This document shows, piece after piece, positions 54,801-64,000 of a DNA stretch of 64,000 bases. Numbering within the stretch: position 1 is the stretch's first letter; each line of letters starts with the position of its first letter. Position numbers and translations under genes: made by a program. The notes beneath the pieces are model-generated. The model was not told the origin of the DNA. It did no database searches and saw nothing but the letters and a program-made list of their open reading frames with translations. Source of the DNA: Phoronis australis (lineage: Eukaryota; Animalia; Phoronida); contig NMRA01000003.1 of the NCBI GenBank assembly GCA_002633005.1, positions 72,458 to 136,457 on the forward strand, given 5' to 3'.

Positions 54801-57800
54801 ATCAATACATTACTTATAGTCTTGGTGTAGACGTGGTTTATCTTTATGGCATAGACTACCATGTTTTGTGATTGGATTTTTTTCTTTGCTGTATCCTGCA
54901 ATATTTCTAAAGAACTGCACATTTTGTTTGTAAATGCTTTTTCCATATTGTGCACACACTTTCTATCTTTCATCATAATACATCTCCAGTTGTTGACATC
55001 AGTTGTTATCTTTTACATTGTGTTGATTGTCCCCCTACTTGCAGGCATGTCGTTGAAGTGTACCCAGAAATGCCGTCCATCCGGTCACTACTGGCCACGT
55101 TGTGTCTACCTACTTTGGAAGACAGTGCAGAGTCATGCTTGGTTGCCCCCAGGCCTACGTCACCATACAGTGTAGAACAACTGGCTCCCTTTCTCAAGAA
55201 GATCAGTAAAGGACAAAAACTGGAGAGTATGTGATCCATGTCATTCCTCTCTACTCACTATCTCCTGTCTCCTACTCATCAATTTATGTCAATTATTTTC
55301 TAACGATTAGACTACTTTGGTATTCTATAGTGGCAGTGTTTTTTACGTCCGTGGCTCTATCTCTTGAACTCTTGGCAAGATCCTTGTTAAATGAGGCAAG
55401 TGTATTTCTGTAACATGACAATAAAGAGCAACGACTTTTAGACGTATCTGGCTACTGTTTTCCTCTGCATCTTTGTGGTTCCGTAATCGATTTTCAAATT
55501 TATTTGACATATTGTACACCACCTAGTGGTCATTTATAATATTTTTTTGAGTTTTTTGGTGTCATCCTCTGTATTGGCCGTATTACTTTAAGAATAATTG
55601 TGAAAACTGGTTCATGTATTTCTTACTGGACGAACATGGCTGACAATGATTTCCGGACAGGTCTGAATGCTGTAGCGCCTTTTAGTGGCATTTTTGCCTG
55701 TGGCTCAGTATCTACCAAGTTCTTTAATGGATCTTCATGAAAATATGTTTATTTTTTATTGGGGAAAGTACAACTTAATGGATTTTAGGTCAAATGTGCA
55801 GAGACCCCTAGTGCAATTTTGATCTTTGTGTTTGCATTAATATCTATCAAGTTCCTTGATGGATGTTCATGAGATTTGGGAAATTAGTTGCTGTCACATA
55901 GACGACAAGCCCTATGAGAAGAGCTTTGCTGACCTTTCTGTGCACCTCCTAAAGGCTATTTCAAATTAACTAACATTGCTCTGTTTAGTGGACTGTTTAA
56001 AATAATAATCATCCCTATTGATTCTATTTGCGCTGTATGTGATGCACACAGTGGGTGCATGTCAATGCTCTGCGTTGCTTTTGTTTCTTGTAGAACAATT
56101 GCACTAATTTTTTCACACAATAATGAATTCTGCAATATATATCAGTTGTCATATAACATAGCCTTCTTACCTCAAACAAGTTCATTGGGAAACCAGCTCT
56201 ACTTTAATGTAAACTGAGTGTTGTAGTACATTGTTTACTGTTTGTTTATTTGTGTGACTTCTGTCTGTGTTTTACAGCTGTCTTGGAAGTTCTTGATGAT
56301 TTGGACAAAACGTCGCGAAGGAAAACGGACGTACTCCAACACTTTGCTGTAAGTTGACCACCAACTACATTTAGATATATAAAATAATTGCAGGCGGTCT
56401 GATAAACGTTGTATCAGACGTGCGCAGGCCGTGCATGTGGGCCCATTGCACTGATCACTTTGAACCATTTGGGGCTTTGTTAATATATAGTTAAAACAAG
56501 TTGAGTAGCTAGAAACCTGACTCAAGTGTGGCTCAGTGGGACTCAAACCCACGACCTCGAGTAAAGAAACGGGCACCTATCACACTAGGCCACACTGCCT
56601 CCTCTACCCCTGGATAGATAAGAACTATGTGAATTCTAAAACTTGTTAGATTGAAGAAATGAGAGATATTGGGCATTGGCAACATGAAAAGAGCAAAGTG
56701 AACACGGGTTGTAATGCTTTATTTCTTTGTTTTCTCAGACTGATCTCAAACGACTGATGTGTGATCCAAGTACCATGTGTAGAAGTACCACTTACACTCT
56801 TGTTATGAGGTACATGAGACATAAACCAAGGTGAGTCGAACCTACTTGAGTGTGTAGTTACAATGAACGGGTATGAATAAATTAAAGTAATCCAAATGTT
56901 GTAGTGAATTTATCACTGGACTTGGTATTCAATAATTCACGTAATTTCCTGTTTGAGGCCAAAGTTTTTTCATATGATCAAGTAACATTAACCAGTCGTA
57001 GATGCTCAAAATGACTCAAACAATCCTTTTAAGGTTATGAAATATGTTTTATTGGCTATAACATTCGATTGGACTGAACACTCTACCTTGTGTACTGTGT
57101 ATGGGCTCTATTGTGCGGTAGATCTCAAGGTCAGTTTCTTGAACCTGCTACAAATCTGTATTCTGTGGAACAAAGCACTTTTGATTCCACGACTCCCTGT
57201 TATGAAACTGGTTCCAAGTTGTTCCTTACCCAGATTAGAAGTGATTTGTTGAAACTGCTGAGCCATTACAGCTCAAGACTAGGGTCATTAATGTGGTGTA
57301 ATCAGGCTGTTCAATACAATAACCATCTGAAGTTAAATGACCAGCCATGGACTGTTGTTCAGTCCCAAGCTGAGATCAATTTCATAGCTGTGTGTAGCTA
57401 AATAAGTCAGAAGGTGGGTACATGGCAACTTTTATTAAAGCCTGATTTGCAGAGCAATTGAGAACATGATTCTTGCCTAATCCCAAAGTTCATACTTTAG
57501 TTTCTTTCTCTGGCCTCAGTTATTATTGGTTGCAAGATTGTGCAAGTAGCTTGTTGAAGTTTCATGTTGTTCCTTGTAAAGAATTCGCTGAATCTTGCAG
57601 AGAATGAATGCGTAATTCGTTGAGAATACATGTCTGTATACTACCATGCTTTATTTGTTACAGTTGTGCTCATGAGTTTGTGCCAGCCTTTCTCCAGTGT
57701 TTTGACAGCGCCAATGAAGGAGTTGTGGAATCAGCACTCAGGAATCTTCCTGAGTTTACCTTACTCTGCCAAGGTATGTGGCATGACAGGTGTAGTAATC

Positions 57801-58620
57801 TGTCTGTAAATAAGTATTTACAAACGGGGCTATTGGTAGAAATCTCAGGAACACAGTTTGAGATTTTGGTGCCACGCTATGGAACTATCTGATAGGTGTC
57901 AGAGGTATCTGTAAATCCAGCTATGTGGGGAATGTTTGGTTTTAGTCTTTTGTAGCAGTGGTAGGCGTCATTCCATATGTCTGTGTTTCCGTCCATCGGT
58001 GCAGAGAAATGTTCTGTACTCAACTCCTATGTTCCACACTTGTACATAGGGAAACGTTCTTCTGTGTGCAACTCCTACATTTCTTACTGGATTTCAACCA
58101 TATTTCAGGGAATTTATCATTGTGAAGTGTCCTAGTTTGTATCGTCAGTGTGTTGCAGTTAAATCTTATTTGCTTGAATTGTGGCACATTCTTGATTTTA
58201 TTGCTTGTATGTAGGGAAAAGTTCTTCTGTATGCATCTCCTACAAAACATCCAACAAGGTTATTGCTGTATGTGACTGCCTTCAGTGCCTTGTCATATTT
58301 TTGTCTGTTGTTCAATAGTCCTTATGGCAGGCTTGTTAGATGGTTTACACTTTCATAAAAATAAAGTGTTCTCAAATGAATAACTAGTTGAGTCAAGTTG
58401 TATACAATATGGTAGATTTATTTAGTTGTGTGGTAGCCATTATCATCATTTTGGATGATATCTTTTGTAAATGGATGGGATTTCTTTTTCAGAGAAAATT
58501 GGTGAGATTCTTGAAAAAGTGTTCTTAGTGGGGATGTCAACCAAAGTGGATACATCAAGCTATATTAGTGACACTATGCAGCTGTTGAACTTGGACAGTT
58601 TACAAGACTGGACTGTATGA
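24859..58620 (+). CDS. INTS1: Integrator complex subunit 1, complete, about 2078 aa, 45 coding exons
   Basis: Phase-consistent GT-AG exons totalling 6237 nt: 24859-24907, 27867-27899, 28958-29194, 29670-29866, 30096-30233, 31179-31332, 32278-32395, 32977-33163, 33773-33918, 34321-34462, 34647-34823, 35224-35453, 35726-35803, 36209-36366, 36583-36679, 37762-37853, 38029-38089, 38548-38623, 39032-39144, 39554-39683, 40323-40484, 40782-40931, 41375-41533, 42325-42429, 43001-43165, 43324-43435, 44402-44560, 44932-45180, 47090-47208, 47732-47794, 48002-48055, 48516-48611, 48900-49204, 49768-50016, 50534-50621, 51525-51739, 52053-52188, 52354-52487, 53049-53241, 54310-54437, 55045-55226, 56278-56348, 56739-56830, 57664-57773, 58493-58620 (TGA). 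INTS1 hallmarks include PPGDFIALG, DDERIEGLLCGAVK, RLEMWLQNPK, DNWPPETDR, MPWLAELVESS, PVQCLCEFLL and LVDTSEEALLLPDWLKLRMIRS. Exons between 47.1 and 49.2 kb rest more on splice and phase logic than on recognised homology. Confidence 0.95.
25057..25825. mobile_element. Foldback/MITE-like element with ~180-bp imperfect inverted arms in an INTS1 intron
   Basis: 25057-25238 (gtaattgtttacaatatg...attgaccta...tatcgttc...tttatcatcaaaatt...ttgcactattt...gccatgtt) pairs with about 25657-25825 (aacatggc...aaatagtgcaa...aatttgatgataaa...gaacgata...taggtcaat...catattgtaaacaattac). Confidence 0.7.
29295..29517 (-). mobile_element. tRNA-derived SINE, copy 1
   Basis: Minus-strand head gcagtgtggcctagtagg (A box-like) and gggttcgaattcc (B box). 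The body is homologous to 56381-56603. Confidence 0.75.
31646..31780. repeat. Tandem duplication of a ~69-bp unit
   Basis: acgaaacaaaca...tggaaatgtttaaaag.caacttg...tatgcttgacat.ggtc occurs twice. Confidence 0.85.
32411..32448. repeat. (TTA/TTG)n microsatellite
   Basis: Read directly. Confidence 0.85.
35101..35203. repeat. ~29-bp minisatellite, about 3.5 copies, upstream of the INTS1 acceptor at 35223
   Basis: Unit approximately atttgcagacattcatttttgttgcagtc. Confidence 0.8.
35850..36110 (-). mobile_element. Degenerate SINE-like remnant
   Basis: B-box-like gggtttgacttcc on the minus strand at about 35975-35990, in a GC-richer intronic patch. Confidence 0.3.
38200..38510. repeat. ~70-bp minisatellite, 4-5 copies, in an INTS1 intron
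   Basis: Core tattctgttccctctaaccatgtgatacagctt at about 38208, 38281, 38351, 38421 and 38491. Confidence 0.9.
41560..42240 (-). mobile_element. Degenerate HINE-like element
   Basis: Shares the terminal segment attgctgtat(c/g)tgactgcctt and internal caactcctac / tggcacattcttgatttt blocks with 57950-58295. Confidence 0.55.
42836..43020. repeat. ~31-bp tandem repeats that include the INTS1 acceptor at 43000
   Basis: tgaacca(c/t)t(a/g)cag ends at about 42849, 42891, 42922, 42972 and 43000; most copies are followed by the exon-start g(a/g)cata. Confidence 0.85.
45341..46744. mobile_element. Non-autonomous Tc1/mariner-pogo-type DNA transposon, 1404 bp
   Basis: 24-bp TIRs ccgtatttgccgtaataaccgccc / gggcggttattacggcgaatacgg (23 of 24 match), flanked by TA at 45339-45340 and 46745-46746. 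The interior is CpG-rich and no transposase ORF is present. Confidence 0.9.
48250..48515. repeat. ~27-bp degenerate minisatellite ending at the INTS1 acceptor at 48515
   Basis: Unit approximately gtctgctcatttcagtaatccaatagt; the last copy supplies the ttcag of the predicted acceptor. Confidence 0.85.
52860..52990 (-). mobile_element. tRNA-derived SINE fragment
   Basis: Minus strand cagtgtggctcagagaattgagc (A box-like) followed by gggtttcaaaccc (B box-like). Confidence 0.45.
54444..54725. repeat. ~45-bp minisatellite, about 6 copies, immediately after the INTS1 donor at 54437
   Basis: Unit approximately cactttactgtcactgctctctccgcagtctgtggaagggaaggac. Confidence 0.85.
55430..56084 (-). mobile_element. 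Older copy of the 15711-17008 HINE family
   Basis: The reverse complement of 56045-56084 (acaaaagcaacgcagagcattgacatgcacccac) matches 15711-15744. Internal ccactag...ggcgc and ttcatgaa subunit motifs are also present. A more decayed terminus lies at about 37325-37362. Confidence 0.65.
56381..56603 (-). mobile_element. tRNA-derived SINE, copy 2
   Basis: Homologous over about 220 bp to 29295-29517 (aaaataattgcaggc..., cactgatcac, ctaga.acctgactcaa, ctaggccacactgc). Confidence 0.75.
57950..58295 (-). mobile_element. Degenerate HINE-like element, same family as 41560-42240
   Basis: Shared terminal and internal blocks, plus a tctgt/ccgtcc microsatellite remnant near 57980. Confidence 0.5.
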
Positions 58621-59189
58621 GAAGTGATTAGAGGTGTAATTGTCAACTTGCCGACCATATTCTCAAGCAGAAAAGATTTGACTGTTGTGGTGGAAGTGTA
58701 CAAACATTTCTGTCACCTACTTGTTTCATTGTCAGGCTGATGTAAAAAATGTATGCAGCTTTATTTTGAATATGTAGCTGAATATCTACAAATATGGACA
58801 GCCAACTCTATATCTTCTTCCACATGAGATCAGCGCCACCTGTTGTATTACTAGCTGATGATGGAGGGATACTACGTAACATGTATGTCTGATGAAGCAG
58901 AGTCCATTTATTATGATGATCACTCCCAAAGTTGTGAATATATTGATAGAAAACTGTAGGGAATACTTATTCTGTTATGGATGCACATTTATAGTTTATT
59001 TCTCAAGGAATGGTAAGTGCTTCATGCACACACTAGGCCTATTGACTAGCTCATCTTAGTGCACCCATTGAACAGGAGAGATCTTATCTAAGTTTGACAG
59101 AGTAAATCACTGTTCTCATTCAACTGTTTCATTTTGTGTACATAAAGGAGTTTAGTCTGAAAGGAGCTCTTATGTAACCAACATTTTGT

Positions 59190-59195
59190 ATTAAA
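59190..59195 (+). terminator. Candidate polyadenylation signal of INTS1
   Basis: ATTAAA about 570 nt after the stop, preceded by TGTA motifs and followed by T-rich sequence. Confidence 0.35.
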
Positions 59196-59884
59196 TTTTC
59201 TTAATAACATTTAATTTATTTTTATTTAAACTAACTTATATTCTGGTCTTTCCCAGTTGTTGCCAGTATTTCGAAGAATTCTGGCAACCGATTTTAGCTT
59301 TGGGCAGCTGGAAAGGCACTTTTTTCACCAACCATATTTTTCATTTTCCATACCCTGAACCAATAATTTCAATTTCTTGTGAGAGCAGCCACCCTTAATT
59401 TTTCAAAGGTGATGTTTGATCTCTTAAAGCATCTATGAACCTGAATTCATACTGTCTAAGAAGCTAACTTTTCATTCAGACCACTTAGAGCAACAAAATG
59501 GGACTCAAGTTGTTTCTTGCTCAGATGAGAAGTGGTCTTGGTAGTTTGTTAGAGAATGCCCCAGAATAAAATGTCATGCTGTGACAACCCAACTTGTATA
59601 AGAGCCTGATCTCGAGTGACATTGCAAACTGTTGGTTCTTTCAAAATTTTTGAAATCACCTAGATTGTGACCAGCAAAGGAACTAATTGAGAACAATTTC
59701 ATCATCAGTAAGTGGGCTATATAAAAAACTGCCTTCTGCAAATGAAGGCGGATTTGTGGACTCCTTAAATTACTTGAATTTGGGGGTCCAGCCTATGGAA
59801 ACTGAGGTTTCAGATACAGCACAAAGCAGTTAGGCACTTCAAGTGTTTAATTTAGTTTTTTCATCATGGGTGATGCACCATGGT

Positions 59885-60045
59885 GGGCTATAGGGCTCCC
59901 CACTTTTTTCAGTGCTGCGCCGCCCACGGTCTATGGGGGCTAGAGGACTATAGCCACTCCACTTTTTCAGTGCTGTGCCGCTCAGGGTCTATGGGTGGGG
60001 CTAGGGGACTATAACCCCTCCACTTTTTCAGTGCTGTGCCCTCCA
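59885..60045. repeat. ~57-bp tandem repeat, 3 copies
   Basis: gggcta...ccactttttcagtgctg(c/t)gcc...ggtctatggg repeated three times. Confidence 0.8.
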
Positions 60046-61349
60046 TGTCAATACAGTTCCACTATGTACCGATGGTATACAGAGATGTGGTGCTTGGACA
60101 ATGACAGGGAATGATCCAGAAATATTGATATTCATTTATGCTTATCTTCACAAAAACATTTTGCATTCACAAACTGATGCATACTTCATTGTTATTTAGA
60201 TGATTCAGATTATGAACTTTAGCTGGGTCATTATGAGTACAAGCCAAGTCAACCACTATTGTGACAACAGGGCATGTTCATGCATTGCATTCGATAACAG
60301 CCACCCGCTGTTCCCCAGTTCCAAAATATAAGAAGTGGGTCAGTGAAGTAAACAACCTTGTTATTTGTACTATCAGGAAGAGATGGTTATCTCTTCCTGG
60401 TACTATTCAGATCCTAACGGGTAGGGATGATGTAGAGTTAGTTGCAAAATGGATTGTTGCATGGAACAAATTCATAGTAGTGGCATGGAAATTTGCCTTG
60501 GTGTACAAAATTGTCGCATAGAACAAGTGGTAATACACACCATGACTAGTTAAAGGGTCAAAGCACACCAACAACCAGTAATTGTCTTTTTAAAAGTACA
60601 AATGCAACTGTTACCAGTTTACATTTTATGCACCCGCATGTACTATTCCCCGGCCGTACCAAATCAAGCCACGTACATTCGCCACTTTTGAATTCGCAAG
60701 GTGTTGTGCAACCCTTATTAACTCTGAAGCGTTTTCTCGTGTCAGTTTATATGTTCTTGTTGCTTATGAAAAGCATTGTTTACTGAAGCCGATGTCGGAG
60801 GGGCCCCCATGTATCTGTTTTTACACTGACTTACGGCGAAAAAGGTCTCTGGTTTTAAAAGGTGTCCAAGTTTTTTTACCAAAACTAGCAACTAATGCTT
60901 GAAAAAACTGCTTTGGGCCGTCACCAATGCCATAGAAATGCCGTGGAGTAGATCTATTCCGTTATCAGTGAGCAGATCGAGTCGGCTGACCGCTGGGAAC
61001 TAGGTATTCGAAACTGAGGAAGCCGACCTGTAACCGGCATATTGCATGGTCACCCCGAACCTCAACTGATTTAACTGCAGACAGTTTTTCGAGATTGGTC
61101 AAATTTAAATCGCAACTGCCGGGTTAGTTGCTATAATACTGTTCATGCGGCTCGTCAGGTTCCGCCCGTGAAGGCTGATGCAGCGAACGCGGTGAAACAC
61201 GTACTGAGCTCCGGCAGCCAGGCATACAGGTACCCCGTCAGCGCTGTCCAGCGGGCAGAGGTTTTAATGACGGATCCGAATGCCCTCTCTCAGTAGTCAA
61301 CTGTATGTTCTTAATTACTTACCTTCATTTTTTAACACGTTCAATTTAA

Positions 61350-61785
61350 TAACTCGTGGGTCTGTTCATGAGCATTACACAGCGACATCTTCTACACAAT
61401 CCTAAATCATTTGCAGAAGATTCAGTTCGCAATGTTTTACGTCATATCATTAATAACCTTCATGTGCTTCTTAAATTTTTTATCTATTCGTTTTCTTCTG
61501 TTATGTATTATTTTAAGAACGTTTGTTTTGAAAGTTATAAACTTGAGTGCATTATTCCCACTCGATGTAAGTATTTTCGATAAGCTCTCTTATAGTTTTT
61601 TACATGGGGTTTAAACTACATTGTCACCTAATTTTGTAATTCTGTTTTATCTGTGACGTATTTTTTTTTCTCCGGTGGCTCCCTGGTCAGCGGGCCATTG
61701 GGGTCCTTCACGGAGTCTCCGATTTGTATTAATTGTATTTTTTGAATAAAGTGTATTACTCGGTGACTACTACTACTACAACTGT
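61350..61785 (+). mobile_element. Possible 3' end of a non-LTR retrotransposon
   Basis: An AT-rich stretch, a GC-rich structured segment (61670-61720), AATAAA (61745) and a (TAC)n tail (about 61767-61779). No RT motif recognised. Confidence 0.3.
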
Positions 61786-62264
61786 ACGGATCCTAGTACT
61801 ATAATAAAAAGACGAAATAAATTTTATTTAATTTAACTACCTCAAATCAGTTACAGTTTCGAAAACTTTTTTCATCTAGTGAATGTATGTCCCCGATGTG
61901 CCTCCTTACCGTAAACGTCTAATCAGCCATTTTCTTAAATAGTCAGATATGGTAAACCCTGTCAAGTTTTGATGATTTCAACCAATCCTCTTTCTGTCAC
62001 CTAGTGCTAATGTTTCATTGGCGTCAACCTTCCAAGTAAGACAGGAATCAATTAAAACTGAAGTCATACTCCGATCTCTCGTCCGTCACTGGACAACAGT
62101 TGGCGTGTAATTTGCTAAAAGTGTTGGTTACCTTGCTTTGAAATCAGTGAGTTTTCGAGTGATCATTCAAACTGTTGTGGGTTGTCGAGGGTTACAGGAA
62201 GTTTTTAAATTGTTTCAGAAAACAACTAAATGCCAATAATCGTTTCAGTAAAGTTTCGAAAACC

Positions 62265-62365
62265 GGGTTTGGAATCATTAATAACACCGAGGGTAAACGT
62301 TCGGGTTTGGAATCCTTAATAACACCGACTGAGGGTAAACGTTCGGGTTTGGAATCCTTAATAAC
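62265..62365. repeat. ~42-bp tandem repeat, about 2.5 copies
   Basis: gagggtaaacgttcgggtttggaatccttaataaca occurs twice, preceded by a partial copy. Confidence 0.85.
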
Positions 62366-64000
62366 AGCGATGGTAAATGTTGTGATTTTGATTGCTGCTT
62401 GTGTCAGTGTTGAGAGAGGCTTTCATTACTCGGAGCGTCATTCAGTAAATCATTTGTGCACGGCCGGGTGCCGGCGGACTCGTGCATGTCCGTGCAGCCG
62501 ATGCGACCGCGGGACACTGATAAGTCCGGCTCTGGATTTTATGACATATCGTATTTCTCAGTCACTTGTAGGCCTATTTTTATTAATTCTCATCTATCTA
62601 GTATTCTTTGTGTTTTCTGCTGTGTGCGCAGAGAGCGTTGTCTCTCGGCGTGGCCGGCCGCGGGGCGAAAAGGTCCGCCTCAGAGAAACAAAAAGTCCGA
62701 GAAAAACGAGACAAAAGTCCACTTGAAAGGCAAAAAGGCAGGAATTCGGTGGGAATGCTCAATTCATAGCTCTGATAGTAGTACCCCAGTTTTTTTTAGT
62801 AAAAGGCTCACATTCTCAATGAATTCGAGCCCCCCCCAAAATTTAGGCTGGGTGCGCGCATGACAACCACCTCAGTTCAAAAGAGATACTGTTCTTGTGA
62901 TGCTATGGGAAACAGTAACATTATTTTATAGCTAACCATAGGAAATTGTCTTTTTGTTTAATTCATTGATAGTGGTATTCACGTTCTTCAAAATTCTACC
63001 CTTTCGATGGTGGTTATTTCTATTGTATTTTGTTCACATTTTTGGTTGTTTGGTCAAATGTCTTGATACTGCTGTGCTGGGCACGAGTGTTTTGTAATTT
63101 TTTTGATGAATTTTGGAATCTTAAATTCCCTTGTGATGGCAGTGTCGGATTTACACGTATAAAAGGACAGGGACTTTCCCCCAAACTGTTTCACCGCGGA
63201 GCCGAGAGGGTCCCGTCTGAAATGGGACACCTTAAGATAAAAAGCTAAACATCATTAAGCTTGGAAAACGAGTGACAGTTCATTCCACCGTCGTGTTGTC
63301 ACAAAACGATGCACTAGGAAGTGACCTTCACTGAGAGCCGGTTGTGCACGATTTCCCAAAAAGCAGTTTAGAGGTAATCGATTCCAACATTAGGTCCTCT
63401 TACCGTGTGCGGTCCCCGAAATAAAAACACAAAAAGGGTGACCACTTGAATATGATCACTGCCCTTCTTCAAGGGCGGGGCCCCTAAATATTAAAATATA
63501 TTTTTCGAAAACGACCAGGAAATGCAGCTCAACTGATCAGTCAGCCCCGCCCGGCGGGTTTTCAATTTTTCTCAAGTGATACTCATGCAGTTTCGACAAA
63601 AAATAAAGCGAATGTTGTCTCCGTTATTCCTTGCCAGAGATTGTCCTCTGAAAAAATATACTTTTGCATTCTCAAAATTGACTTACTCGAGAGTAGGCTC
63701 CGGATCAGAGCTTCGGCTTTACAACCGAATTTTCTCAATATCTCGAATTGTATGTACGAGTATGAATGATTACGTGCACATTCAAGTGCGTTTAGACGAC
63801 CTGTGCTGCAAAAGCGAAGACCCTTATAATATTCAGGCCAGAGTCCTCAAAAGGTACATGCACCGTTAAATGGGCCGTCGTATTTCGCAGTTTTTCTCTT
63901 TTCCCCGACCCCACGCCTTATATGTCGGTTGCCACGGTTTAACCATAAACCGTGAGTGATTTTTTTGAGGAGGCGTGCCATCATCTTCCCCCCACCGCCC

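Noticed and set aside
62175-62863. 183-aa and 135-aa ORFs as genes
   Set aside because: Non-ATG starts, internal tandem-repeat translation and no recognisable domain; probably chance ORFs in repeat DNA.

Overview
Intron-rich, AT-rich animal genomic DNA, most consistent with a marine invertebrate (inferred from gene content and repeat types, not confirmed). Three conserved genes were reconstructed by hand from GT-AG boundaries and reading-phase continuity. (1) The 5' half of an ABCG2-like half-transporter on the minus strand, running off the left edge. (2) A complete SLC25A17/PMP34 peroxisomal carrier on the minus strand, 9 coding exons, about 306 aa. (3) A complete INTS1 (Integrator subunit 1) on the plus strand, 45 coding exons, about 2078 aa, head-to-head with SLC25A17. 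Introns and intergenic DNA hold a TA-flanked Tc1/mariner-pogo-type non-autonomous element, Helentron-associated (HINE/pearl-like) elements, tRNA-derived SINEs, foldback hairpins and minisatellites. An apparent 8.3-9.9 kb duplication is probably two haplotypes joined at an N. Most short ORFs in the supplied track are exon fragments or noise. I found no decisive new biological system. The best leads are tandem arrays that multiply splice signals beside several exons, an out-of-frame uORF overlapping the INTS1 start codon, and a perfect 39-bp hairpin whose arm recurs 6.6 kb away.
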